DNA from: Eledone cirrhosa
Lineage: Eukaryota
DNA length: 64,000 nucleotides
Reading direction: 5' to 3'
Assembly (NCBI GenBank): GCA_964016885.1
Contig: CAXHJY010000096.1
Location: 868,001 to 932,000 of the forward strand
The translations under genes were made by a program, and so were the position numbers. Within the stretch, counting starts at the first letter, position 1, and each line of letters opens with the position of its first letter. The notes beneath the pieces are model-generated. The model did not search any database. It was not told the DNA's origin and saw nothing but the letters and a program-made list of their open reading frames with translations. Shown piece by piece: positions 40,801 through 54,167 of this stretch.

Positions 40801-43800
40801 TTGTAAAAAAATCAGGGGGAGATAATTTGTAAAAAATAATCAGCGGGAGATAATTTGTAAAAAAATTCAAGGGGAGATAATTTCCAGCCGTCCAAGGGGA
40901 GATAATTTCCCGCCAGCCAAGGGAAGATAATATTTAAAAAAATTAGGCGGAGATAATTTGTAAAAAAAATCAGGGGGAGATAATTTGTAAAAAAATCAGG
41001 GGGAGATAATTTGTAAAAAAAATCAGGGGGAGATAATTTGTAAAAAAAATCATGGGGAGATAATTTGTAAAAAAAAATCAGGGGTAGATAATTTGTAAAA
41101 AAAAATCAGGGGGAGATAATTTGTAAAAAAAAATCAGGGGGAGATAATTTGTAAAAAAAATCAAGGGGAGATAATATCCAGCCGTCCAAGGAGAGATAAT
41201 TTAAAAAAAAAATGAGGCGGAGATAATTTGTAAAAAAAAAATCAGGGGGAGTTAATTTGTAAAAAAAAATGAGGGGGAGATAATTTGTAAAAAAAATCAA
41301 GGGGAGATAATTTCCAGCCGTCCAAGGGGAGATAATTTTCAGCCGTCCAAGGAGAGGTAATTTCTAGCCGTCCAAGGGGAGATAATTTCCAGCCGTCCAA
41401 GGGGAGGTAATTTCCAGCCGTCCAAGGGGAGATAATTTAAAAAAAAAAATCAGGCGGAGATAATTTGTAAAAAAAATCAAGGGGAGATAATTTGCAGCCG
41501 TCCAAGGGGAGATAATTTTCAGCCGTCCAAGGAGAGGTAATTTCTAGCCGTTCAAGGGGAGATAATTTCCAGCCGTCCAAGGGGAGATAATTTCCAGCCG
41601 TCCAAGGGGAGATAATTTTTTTTAAAAAATCAGGCGGAGATAATTTGTAAAAAAAAATCAGGGGGAGATAATTCGTAAAAAAAAATCAGGGGGAGATAAT
41701 TTGTAAAAAAAAATCAGGGGGAGATAATTTGTAAAAAAAATCAAGGGGAGATAATTTCCAGCCGTCCAAGGGGAGGTAATATCTAGCCGTCCAAGGGGAG
41801 ATAATTTCCAGCCGTCCAAGGGGAGATAATTTCCAGCCGTCCAAGGGGAGATAATTTCCAGCCGTCCAAGGAGACATATTTTCCAGCCGTCCAAGGCGAG
41901 GTAATTTCTAGCCGTCCAAGGGGAGATTAATTCCAGCCTCCAAGGGGAGATAATTTCCAGCCAGCCAAGGGGAGATAATTTGTAAAAAAATCGGGGAGAT
42001 AATTTGTAAAAAATATCAGGGAGATAATTTGTAAAAAAAAATCAGGGGGAGATAATTTGTAAAAAAAATCAGGGGGAGATAATTTGTAAAAAAAAATCAG
42101 GGGGAGATAATTTGTAAAAAAAATCAAGGGGAGATAATTTCCAGCCGTCCAAGGGGAGATAATTTTCAGCCGTCCAAGGAGAGGTAATTTCTAACCGTCC
42201 GAGGAGAGATAATTTCCAGCCGTCCAAGGGGAGATAATTTCCAGCCGTCCAAGGGGAGATAATTTCCAGCCGTCCAAGGAGACATATTTTCCAGCCGTCC
42301 AAGGAGAGGTAATTTCTAGCCGTCCAAGGGGAGATAAATTCCAGCCTCCAAGGGGAGATAATTTCCAGCCAGCCAAGGGGAGATAATTTGTAAAAAAATC
42401 AGGGGGAGATAATTTGCAAAAAAAATCAGGGGGAGATAATTTGTAAAAAAAATCAGGGGGAGATAATTTGTAAAAAATAATCAGGGGGAGATAATTTCCA
42501 GCCGTCCAAGGGAAGATAATTTCCAGCCCTCCAAGGGGCTATAATTTCCAGTGTCCAAGGGGAGATAATTTCCAGCCAGCGAAGGGGAGATAATTTTTTT
42601 TAAAAAATCATTGGGAGATTTGTAAAAAAAATCAGGGGGAGATAATTTGTAAAAAAAATCAAGGGGAGATAATTTCCAGCCGTCCAAGGGGAGGTAATAT
42701 CTAGCCGTCCAAGGGTAGATAATTTCCAGCCGTCCAACGGGAGATAATTTCCAGCCGTCCAAGGGTAGATAATATCCAGCCGCCCAAGGACATATTTTCC
42801 AGCCATCCAAGGAGAGGTAATTTCTAGCCGTCCAAGGGGAGATAATTTCCAGCCGTCCAAGGGTAGATAATATCCAGCCGTCCAAGGACATATTTTCCAG
42901 CCGTCCAAGGAGAGGTAATTTCTAGCCGTCCAAGGGGAGATAAATTCCAGCCTCCAAGGGGAGATAATTTCCAGCCAGCCAAGGGGAGATAATTTGTAAA
43001 AAAATCAGGGGGAGATAATTTGTAAAAAAAATCAGGGGGAGATAATTTGTAAAAAAAAATCAGGGGGAGATAATTTGTAAAAAAAAATCAGGGTGAGATA
43101 ATTTGCAAAAAAAATCAGGGGGAGATAATTTGTAAAAGAAAATCAGGGGTAGATAATTTGTAAAAAAAAATCAGGGGGAGATAATTTGTAAAAAAAAATC
43201 AGGGGGAGATAATTTGTAAAAAAAATCAAGGGGAGATAATTTCCAGCCGTCCAAGGAGAGATAATTTTAAAAAAAATCAGGCGGAGATAATTTGTAAAAA
43301 AAAATCAGGGGGAGATAATTTGTAAAAAAAATCAGGGGGAGATAATTTGTAAAAAAAAATCAGGGGTAGATAATTTGTAAAAAAAAATCAGGGGGAGATA
43401 ATTTGTAAAAAAAAATCAGGAGGAGATAATTTGTTAAAAAAATCAAGGGGAGATAATTTCCAGCCGTCCCAGGAGAGATAATTTAAAAAAAAATCAGGCG
43501 GAGATAATTTGTAAAAAAAAATCAGGGGGAGATAATTTGTAAAAAAAAATCAGGGGGAGATAATTTGTAAAAAAAATCAAGGGGAGATAATTTCCAGCCG
43601 TCCAAGGGGAGATAATTTTCAGCCGTCCAAGGGGAGATAATTTCCCGCCAGCCAAGGGAAGATAATATTCAAAAAAATCAGGCGGAGATAATTTGTAAAA
43701 AAAATCAGGGGGAGATAATTTGTAAAAAAATCAGGGGGAGATAATTTGTAAAAAAAAAAATCAGGGGGAGATAATTTGTAAAAAAAATCAGGGGGAGATA

Positions 43801-45130
43801 ATTTGTAAAAAAAATCAGGGGTAGATAATTTGTAAAAAAAAATCAGGGGGAGATAATTTGTAAAAAAAAATCAGGGGGAGATAATTTGTAAAAAAAATGA
43901 AAGGGGAGATAATATCCAGCCGTCCAAGGGGAGATAATTTCCAGCCGTCCAAGGGGAGATAATTTCCAGCCGTCCAAGGGGAGATAAATTCCATCCTTCC
44001 AAGGGGATATAATTTCCAGCCGTCCAAGGGGAGATAATTTCCATCCTTCCAAGGGGATATAATTTCCAGCCGTCCAAGGGGAGATAATTTTCAGCCGTCC
44101 AAGGAGAGGTAATTTCTAGCCGTCCAAGGAGAGATAATTTCCAGCCGTCCAAGGGGAGATAATTTCCAGCCGTCCAAGGGGAGATAATTTCCAGCCGTCC
44201 AAGGAGACATATTTTCCAGCCGTCCAAGGAGAGGTAATTCCTAGCCGTCCAAGGGGAGATAAATTCCAGCCTCCAAGGGGAGATAATTTCCAGCCAGCCA
44301 AGGGGAGATAATTTGTAAAAAAAATCAGGGGGAGATAATTTGTAAAAAAAATCAGGGGGAGATAATTTGTAAAAAAAAATCAGGGGTAGATAATTTGTAA
44401 AAAATAATCAGGGGGAGCTAATTTGTAAAAAAAATCAAGGGGAGATAATTTCCAGCCGTCCAAGGGGAGATAATTTTCAGCCGTCCAAGGGGAGATAATT
44501 TCCCGCCAGCCAAGGGAAGATAATATTTAAAAAAATTAGGCGGAGATAATTTGTAAAAAAAATCAGGGGGAGATAATTTGTAAAAAAATCAGGGGGAGAT
44601 AATTTGTAAAAAAAATCAGGGGGAGATAATTTGTAAAAAAAATCAGGGGGAGATAATTTGTAAAAAAAAATCAGGGGGAGATAATTTGTAAAAAAAATCA
44701 AGGGGAGATAATTTCCAGCCGTCCAAGGGAAGATAATTTCCAGCCCTCCAAGGGGCTATAATTTCCAGCGTCCAAGGGGAGATAATTTCCAGCCAGCGAA
44801 GGGGAGATAATTTTTTTTAAAAAATCATTGGGAGATTTGTAAAAAAAATCAGGGGGAGATAATTTGTAAACAAAATCAAGGGGAGATAATTTCCAGCCGT
44901 CCAAGGGGAGGTAATATCTAGCCGTCCAAGGGGAGATAATTTCCAGCCGTCCAAGGGGAGATAATTTCCAGCCGTCCAAGGGTAGATAATATCCAGCCGT
45001 CCAAGGACATATTTTCCAGCCGTCCAAGGAGAGGTAATTTCTAGCCGTCCAAGGGGAGATAAATTCCAGCCTCCAAGGTGAGATAATTTCCAGCCAGCCA
45101 AGGGGAGATAATTTGTAAAAAAATCAGGGG
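29300..45130 (+). repeat. 6,648-bp tandem duplication, about 2.4 copies (boundaries approximate)
   Basis: Exact +6,648 offsets: 30519/37167/43815, 31181/37829/44477, 32752/39400, 33854/40502, 35010/41658, 35833/42481. Shared private variants include 'ggagacaat' and 'aatcggggag'. Confidence 0.9.
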
Positions 45131-48100
45131 GAGATAATTTGTAAAAAAAATCAGGGGGAGATAATTTGTAAAAAAAAATCAGGGGGAGATAATTTGTAAA
45201 AAAAAATCAGGGGGAGATAATTTGTAAAAAAAAATCAGGGGGAGATAATTTGTAAAAAAACAAGGGGAGATAATTTCCAGCCGTCCAAGGGGAGATAATT
45301 TTCAGCCGTCCAAGGGGAGATAATTTCCCGCCAGCCAAGGGAAGATAATATTTGAAAAAATCAGGCGGAGATAATTTGTAAAAAAAATCAGGGGGAGATA
45401 ATTTGTAAAAAAATCAGGGGGAGATAATTTGTAAAAAAAAAATCAGGGGGAGATAATTTGTAAAAAGAATCAGGGGGAGATAATTTGTAAAAAAAAATCA
45501 GGGGTAGATAAATTGTAAAAAAAAATCAGGGGGAGATAATTTGTAAAAAAAATCAGGGGGAGATAATTTGTAAAAAAAATGAAAGGGGAGATAATATCCA
45601 GCCGTCCAAGGGGAGATAATTTCCAGCCGTCCAAGGGGAGATAATTTCCAGCCGTCCAAGGGGAGATAATTTCCATCCTTCCAAGGGGATATAATTTCCA
45701 GCCGTCCAAGGGGAGATAATTTCCCGCCAGCCAAGGGAAGATAATTTTTAAAAAAATCAGGCGGAGATTGTAAAAAAAATCAGGGGGGAGATAATTTGTA
45801 AAAAAATCAGGGGGAGATAATTTGTAAAAAAAAATCAGGGGGAGATAATTTGTAAAAAATAATCAGGGGGAGATAATTTGTAAAAAAAAATCAAGGGGAG
45901 ATAATTTCCAGCCGTCCAAGGGGAGATAATTTCCCGCCAGCCAAGGGAAGATAATATTTAAAAAAATTAGGCGGAGATAATTTGTAAAAAAAATCAGGGG
46001 GAGATAATTTGTAAAAAAATCAGGGGGAGATAATTTGTAAAAAAAATCAGGGGGAGATAATTTGTAAAAAAATTCATGGGGAGATAATTTGTAAAAAAAA
46101 ATCAGGGGTAGATAATTTGTAAAAAAAAATCAGGGGGAGATAATTTGTAAAAAAAAAATCAGGGGGAGATAATTTGTAAAAAAAATCAAGGGGAGATAAT
46201 TTCCAGCCGTCCAAGGGGAGATAATTTTCAGTCGTCCAAGGAGAGGTAATTTCTAGCCGTCCAAGGGGAGATAATTTCCAGCCGTCCAAGGGGAGATAAT
46301 TTCCAGCCGTCCAAGGGGAGATAATTTTTTTTAAAAAATCAGGCGGAGATAATTTGTAAAAAAAATCAGGGGGAGATAATTTGTAAACAAAATCAGGGGG
46401 AGATAATTTGTAAAAAAAAATCAGGGGGAGATAATTTGTAAAAAAAATTAGGCGTAGATAATTTTTAAAAAAAAATCAGGGGGAGATAATTTGTAAAAAA
46501 AAATCAGGGGGAGATAATTTGTTTAAAAAATCAAGGGGAGATAATTTGCAGCCGTCCAAGGGGAGATAATTTTCAGCCGTCCAAGGAGAGGTAATTTCTA
46601 GCCGTTCAAGGGGAGATAATTTCCAGCCGTCCAAGGGGAGATAATTTCCAGCCGTCCAAGGGGAGATAATTTTTTTTAAAAAATCAGGCGGAGATAATTT
46701 GTAAAAAAAAATCAGGGGGAGATAATTCGTAAAAAAAAATCAGGGGGAGATAATTTGTAAAAAAAAATCAGGGGGAGATAATTTGTAAAAAAAATCAAGG
46801 GGAGATAATTTCCAGCCGTCCAAGGGGAGGTAATATCTAGCCGTCCAAGGGGAGATAATTTCCAGCCGTCCAAGGGGAGATAATTTCCAGCCGTCCAAGG
46901 GGAGATAATTTCCAGCCGTCCAAGGAGACATATTTTCCAGCCGTCCAAGGCGAGGTAATTTCTAGCCGTCCAAGGGGAGATTAATTCCAGCCTCCAAGGG
47001 GAGATAATTTCCAGCCAGCCAAGGGGAGATAATTTGTAAAAAAATCAGGGGGAGATAATTTGTAAAAAAAAATCAGGGGGAGATAATTTGTAAAAAAAAT
47101 CAAGGGGAGATAATTTCCAGCCGTCCAAGGGAAGATAATTTCCAGCCCTCCAAGGGGCTATAATTTCCAGCGTCCAAGGGGAGATAATTTCCAGCCAGCG
47201 AAGGGGAGATAATTTTTTTTAAAAAATCATTGGGAGATTTGTAAAAAAAATCAGGGGGAGATAATTTGTAAACAAAATCAAGGGGAGATAATTTCCAGCC
47301 GTCCAAGGGGAGGTAATATCTAGCCGTCCAAGGGGAGATAATTTCCAGCCGTCCAAGGGGAGATAATTTCCAGCCGTCCAAGGGTAGATAATATCCAGCC
47401 GTCCAAGGACATATTTTCCAGCCGTCCAAGGAGAGGTAATTTCTAGCCGTCCAAGGGGAGATAAATTCCAGCCTCCAAGGTGAGATAATTTCCAGCCAGC
47501 CAAGGGGAGATAATTTGTAAAAAAATCAGGGGGAGATAATTTGTAAAAAAAATCAGGGGGAGATAATTTGTAAAAAAAAATCAGGGGGAGATAATTTGTA
47601 AAAAAAAATCAGGGGGAGATAATTTGTAAAAAAAAATCAGGGGGAGATAATTTGTAAAAAAACAAGGGGAGATAATTTCCAGCCGTCCAAGGGGAGATAA
47701 TTTTCAGCCGTCCAAGGGGAGATAATTTCCCGCCAGCCAAGGGAAGATAATATTTGAAAAAATCAGGCGGAGATAATTTGTAAAAAAAATCAGGGGGAGA
47801 TAATTTGTAAAAAAATCAGGGGGAGATAATTTGTAAAAAAAAAATCAGGGGGAGATAATTTGTAAAAAGAATCAGGGGGAGATAATTTGTAAAAAAAAAT
47901 CAGGGGTAGATAAATTGTAAAAAAAAATCAGGGGGAGATAATTTGTAAAAAAAATCAGGGGGAGATAATTTGTAAAAAAAATGAAAGGGGAGATAATATC
48001 CAGCCGTCCAAGGGGAGATAATTTCCAGCCGTCCAAGGGGAGATAATTTCCAGCCGTCCAAGGGGAGATAATTTCCATCCTTCCAAGGGGATATAATTTC

Positions 48101-49470
48101 CAGCCGTCCAAGGGGAGATAATTTCCCGCCAGCCAAGGGAAGATAATTTTTAAAAAAATCAGGCGGAGATTGTAAAAAAAATCAGGGGGGAGATAATTTG
48201 TAAAAAAATCAGGGGGAGATAATTTGTAAAAAAAAATCAGGGGGAGATAATTTGTAAAAAATAATCAGGGGGAGATAATTTGTAAAAAAAAATCAAGGGG
48301 AGATAATTTCCAGCCGTCCAAGGGGAGATAATTTCCCGCCAGCCAAGGGAAGATAATATTTAAAAAAATTAGGCGGAGATAATTTGTAAAAAAAATCAGG
48401 GGGAGATAATTTGTAAAAAAATCAGGGGGAGATAATTTGTAAAAAAAATCAGGGGGAGATAATTTGTAAAAAAATTCATGGGGAGATAATTTGTAAAAAA
48501 AAATCAGGGGTAGATAATTTGTAAAAAAAAATCAGGGGGAGATAATTTGTAAAAAAAAAATCAGGGGGAGATAATTTGTAAAAAAAATCAAGGGGAGATA
48601 ATTTCCAGCCGTCCAAGGGGAGATAATTTTCAGTCGTCCAAGGAGAGGTAATTTCTAGCCGTCCAAGGGGAGATAATTTCCAGCCGTCCAAGGGGAGATA
48701 ATTTCCAGCCGTCCAAGGGGAGATAATTTTTTTTAAAAAATCAGGCGGAGATAATTTGTAAAAAAAATCAGGGGGAGATAATTTGTAAACAAAATCAGGG
48801 GGAGATAATTTGTAAAAAAAAATCAGGGGGAGATAATTTGTAAAAAAAATTAGGCGTAGATAATTTTTAAAAAAAAATCAGGGGGAGATAATTTGTAAAA
48901 AAAAATCAGGGGGAGATAATTTGTTTAAAAAATCAAGGGGAGATAATTTGCAGCCGTCCAAGGGGAGATAATTTTCAGCCGTCCAAGGAGAGGTAATTTC
49001 TAGCCGTTCAAGGGGAGATAATTTCCAGCCGTCCAAGGGGAGATAATTTCCAGCCGTCCAAGGGGAGATAATTTTTTTTAAAAAATCAGGCGGAGATAAT
49101 TTGTAAAAAAAAATCAGGGGGAGATAATTCGTAAAAAAAAATCAGGGGGAGATAATTTGTAAAAAAAAATCAGGGGGAGATAATTTGTAAAAAAAATCAA
49201 GGGGAGATAATTTCCAGCCGTCCAAGGGGAGGTAATATCTAGCCGTCCAAGGGGAGATAATTTCCAGCCGTCCAAGGGGAGATAATTTCCAGCCGTCCAA
49301 GGGGAGATAATTTCCAGCCGTCCAAGGAGACATATTTTCCAGCCGTCCAAGGCGAGGTAATTTCTAGCCGTCCAAGGGGAGATTAATTCCAGCCTCCAAG
49401 GGGAGATAATTTCCAGCCAGCCAAGGGGAGATAATTTGTAAAAAAATCAGGGGGAGATAATTTGTAAAAA
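44640..49470 (+). repeat. 2,402-bp tandem duplication, 2 copies
   Basis: Exact +2,402 offsets: 44698/47100, 45470/47872, 46074/48476, 46712/49114. The private variants 'aaacaaaatcaag', 'aaaaaaacaagggg' and 'ggcgtagataattttta' occur in both copies. Confidence 0.92.
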
Positions 49471-52400
49471 ATATCAGGGAGATAATTTGTAAAAAAAAAT
49501 CAGGGGGAGATAATTTGTAAAAAAAATCAGGGGGAGATAATTTGTAAAAAAAAATCAGGGGGAGATAATTTGTAAAAAAAATCAAGGGGAGATAATTTCC
49601 AGCCGTCCAAGGGGAGATAATTTTCAGCCGTCCAAGGAGAGGTAATTTCTAACCGTCCGAGGAGAGATAATTTCCAGCCGTCCAAGGGGAGATAATTTCC
49701 AGCCGTCCAAGGGGAGATAATTTCCAGCCGTCCAAGGAGACATATTTTCCAGCCGTCCAAGGAGAGGTAAATTCTAGCCGTCCAAGGGGAGATAAATTCC
49801 AGCCTCCAAGGGGAGATAATTTCCAGCCAGCCAAGGGGAGATAATTTGTAAAAAAATCAGGGGGAGATAATTTGCAAAAAAAATCAGGGGGAGATAATTT
49901 GTAAAAAAAATCAGGGGGAGATAATTTGTAAAAAATAATCAGGGGGAGATAATTTCCAGCCCTCCAAGGGGCTATAATTTCCAGTGTCCAAGGGGAGATA
50001 ATTTCCAGCCAGCGAAGGGGAGATAATTTTTTTTTAAAAATCATTGGGAGATTTGTAAAAAAAATCAGGGGGAGATAATTTGTAAAAAAAATCAAGGGGA
50101 GATAATTTCCAGCCGTCCAAGGGGAGGTAATATCTAGCCGTCCAAGGGTAGATAATTTCCAGCCGTCCAACGGGAGATAATTTCCAGCCGTCCAAGGGTA
50201 GATAATATCCAGCCGCCCAAGGACATATTTTCCAGCCGTCCAAGGAGAGGTAATTTCTAGCCGTCCAAGGGGAGATAATTTCCAGCCGTCCAAGGGTAGA
50301 TAATATCCATCCGTCCAAGGACATATTTTCCAGCCGTCCAAGGAGAGGTAATTTCTAGCCGTCCAAGGGGAGATAAATTCCAGCCTCCAAGGGGAGATAA
50401 TTTCCAGCCAGCCAAGGGGAGATAATTTGTAAAAAAATCAGGGGGAGATAATTTGTAAAAAAAATCAGGGGGAGATAATTTGTAAAAAAAAATCAGGGGG
50501 AGATAATTTGTAAAAAAAAATCAGGGTGAGATAATTTGCAAAAAAAATCAGGGGGAGATAATTTGTAAAAAAAAATCAGGGGGAGATAATTTGTAAAAAA
50601 AATCAAGGGGAGATAATTTCCAGCCGTCCAAGGAGAGATAATTTAAAAAAAAATCAGGCGGAGATAATTTGTAAAAAAAAATCAGGGGGAGATAATTTGT
50701 AAAAAAAATCAGGGGGAGATAATTTGTAAAAAAAAATCAGGGGTAGATAATTTGTAAAAAAAAATCAGGGGGAGATAATTTGTAAAAAAAAATCAGGAGG
50801 AGATAATTTGTAAAAAAAATCAAGGGGAGATAATTTCCAGCCGTCCAAGGAGAGATAATTTAAAAAAAAATCAGGCGGAGATAATTTGTAAAAAAAAATC
50901 AGGGGGAGATAATTTGTAAAAAAAAATCAGGGGGAGATAATTTGTAAAAAAAATCAAGGGGAGATAATTTCCAGCCGTCCAAGGGGAGATAATTTTCAGC
51001 CGTCCAAGGGGAGATAATTTCCCGCCAGCCAAGGGAAGATAATATTCAAAAATATCAGGCGGAGATAATTTGTAAAAAAAATCAGGGGGAGATAATTTGT
51101 AAAAAAATCAGGGGGAGATAATTTGTAAAAAAAAAAATCAGGGGGAGATAATTTGTAAAAAAAATCAGGGGGAGATAATTTGTAAAAAAAATCAGGGGTA
51201 GATAATTTGTAAAAAAAAATCAGGGGGAGATAATTTGTAAAAAAAAATCAGGGGGAGATAATTTGTAAAAAAAATGAAAGGGGAGATAATATCCAGCCGT
51301 CCAAGGGGAGATAATTTCCAGCCGTCCAAGGGGAGATAATTTCCAGCCGTCCAAGGGGAGATAATTTCCATCCTTCCAAGGGGATATAATTTCCAGCCGT
51401 CCAAGGGGAGATAATTTCCATCCTTCCAAGGGGATATAATTTCCAGCCGTCCAAGGGGAGATAATTTTCAGCCGTCCAAGGAGAGGTAATTTCTAGCCGT
51501 CCAAGGAGAGATAATTTCCAGCCGTCCAAGGGGAGATAATTTCCAGCCGTCCAAGGGGAGATAATTTCCAGCCGTCCAAGGAGACATATTTTCCAGCCGT
51601 CCAAGGAGAGGTAATTCCTAGCCGTCCAAGGGGAGATAAATTCCAGCCTCCAAGGGGAGATAATTTCCAGCCAGCCAAGGGGAGATAATTTGTAAAAAAA
51701 ATCAGGGGGAGATAATTTGTAAAAAAAATCAGGGGGAGATAATTTGTAAAAAAAAATCAGGGGTAGATAATTTGTAAAAAATAATCAGGGGGAGATAATT
51801 TGTAAAAAAAATCAAGGGGAGATAATTTCCAGCCGTCCAAGGGGAGATAATTTTCAGCCGTCCAAGGGGAGATAATTTCCCGCCAGCCAAGGGAAGATAA
51901 TATTTAAAAAAATTAGGCGGAGATAATTTGTAAAAAAAATCAGGGGGAGATAATTTGTAAAAAAATCAGGGGGAGATAATTTGTAAAAAAAATCAGGGGG
52001 AGATAATTTGTAAAAAAAATCAGGGGGAGATAATTTGTAAAAAAAAATCAGGGGGAGATAATTTGTAAAAAAAAATCAAGGGGAGATAATTTCCAGCCGT
52101 CCAAGGGAAGATAATTTCCAGCCCTCCAAGGGGCTATAATTTCCAGCGTCCAAGGGGAGATAATTTCCAGCCAGCGAAGGGGAGATAATTTTTTTTAAAA
52201 AATCATTGGGAGATTTGTAAAAAAAATCAGGGGGAGATAATTTGTTAAAAAAATCAAGGGGAGATAATTTCCAGCCGTCCAAGGGGAGGTAATATCTAGC
52301 CGTCCAAGGGGAGATAATTTCCAGCCGTCCAAGGGGAGATAATTTCCAGCCGTCCAAGGGTAGATAATATCCAGCCGTCCAAGGACATATTTTCCAGCCG

Positions 52401-54167
52401 TCCAAGGAGAGGTAATTTCTAGCCGTCCAAGGGGAGATAAATTCCAGCCTCCAAGGTGAGATAATTTCCAGCCAGCCAAGGGGAGATAATTTGTAAAAAA
52501 ATCAGGGGGAGATAATTTGTAAAAAAAATCAGGGGGAGATAATTTGTAAAAAAAAATCAGGGGGAGATAATTTGTAAAAAAAAATCAGGGGGAGATAATT
52601 TGTAAAAAAAAATCAGGGGGAGATAATTTGTAAAAAAATCAAGGGGAGATAATTTCCAGCCGTCCAAGGGGAGATAATTTTCAGCCGTCCAAGGGGAGAT
52701 AATTTCCCGCCAGCCAAGGGAAGATAATATTTGAAAAAATCAGGCGGAGATAATTTGTAAAAAAAATCAGGGGGAGATAATTTGTAAAAAAATCAGGGGG
52801 AGATAATTTGTAAAAAAAAAATCAGGGGGAGATAATTTGTAAAAAGAATCAGGGGGAGATAATTTGTAAAAAAAAATCAGGGGTAGATAAATTGTAAAAA
52901 AAAATCAGGGGGAGATAATTTGTAAAAAAAATCAGGGGGAGATAATTTGTAAAAAAAATGAAAGGGGAGATAATATTCAGCCGTCCAAGGGGAGATAATT
53001 TCCAGCCGTCCAAGGGGAGATAATTTCCAGCCGTCCAAGGGGAGATAATTTCCATCCTTCCAAGGGGATATAATTTCCAGCCGTCCAAGGGGAGATAATT
53101 TCCCGCCAGCCAAGGGAAGATAATTTTTAAAAAAATCAGGCGGAGATTGTAAAAAAAATCAGGGGGGAGATAATTTGTAAAAAAATCAGGGGGAGATAAT
53201 TTGTAAAAAAAAATCAGGGGGAGATAATTTGTAAAAAATAATCAGGGGGAGATAATTTGTAAAAAAAAATCAAGGGGAGATAATTTCCAGCCGTCCAAGG
53301 GGAGATAATTTTCCGCCAGCCAAGGGAAGATAATATTTAAAAAAATTAGGCGGAGATAATTTGTAAAAAAAATCAGGGGGAGATAATTTGTAAAAAAATC
53401 AGGGGGAGATAATTTGTAAAAAAAATCAGGGGGAGATAATTTGTAAAAAAATTCATGGGGAGATAATTTGTAAAAAAAAATCAGGGGTAGATAATTTGTA
53501 AAAAAAAATCAGGGGGAGATAATTTGTAAAAAAAAATCAGGGGGAGATAATTTGTAAAAAAAATCAAGGGGAGATAATTTCCAGCCGTCCAAGGGGAGAT
53601 AATTTTCAGCCGTCCAAGGAGAGGTAATTTCTAGCCGTCCAAGGGGAGATAATTTCCAGCCGTCCAAGGGGAGGTAATTTCCAGCCGTCCAAGGGGAGAT
53701 AATTTTAAAAAAAAAATCAGGCGGAGATAATTTGTAAAAAAAATCAAGGGGAGATAATTTGCAGCCGTCCAAGGGGAGATAATTTTCAGTCGTCCAAGGA
53801 GAGGTAATTTCTAGCCGTCCAAGGGGAGATAATTGCCAGCCGTCCAAGGGGAGATAATTTCCAGCCGTCCAAGGGGAGATAATTTTTTTTAAAAAATCAG
53901 GCGGAGATAATTTGTAAAAAAAATCAGGGGGAGATAATTTGTAAACAAAATCAGGGGGAGATAATTTGTAAAAAAAAATCAGGGGGAGATAATTTGTAAA
54001 AAAAATCATGGAGAGATAATTTCCAGCCGTCCAAGGTGAGATAATTTCCAGCCGTCCAAGGAGACATATTTTCCAGCCGTCCAAGGCGAGGTAATTTCTA
54101 GCCGTCCAAGGGGAGATAAATTCCAGCCTCCAAGGGGAGATAATTTCCAGCCAGCCAAGTGGAGATA

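Larger units (their letters stand above)
17611..53400 (+). repeat. Central HOR domain of related ~5-7 kb units with internal duplications and deletions (right boundary approximate)
   Basis: The same landmark (ORF-track ends 18037, 25129, 35246, 41894, 46948, 49350, 56291) is spaced 7092, 10117, 6648, 5054, 2402 and 6941 bp. The variants 'tatttgaaaa', 'aaaaagaatc' and 'aaggtgagataatttccagccagcc' were seen only in this domain. Confidence 0.8.
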
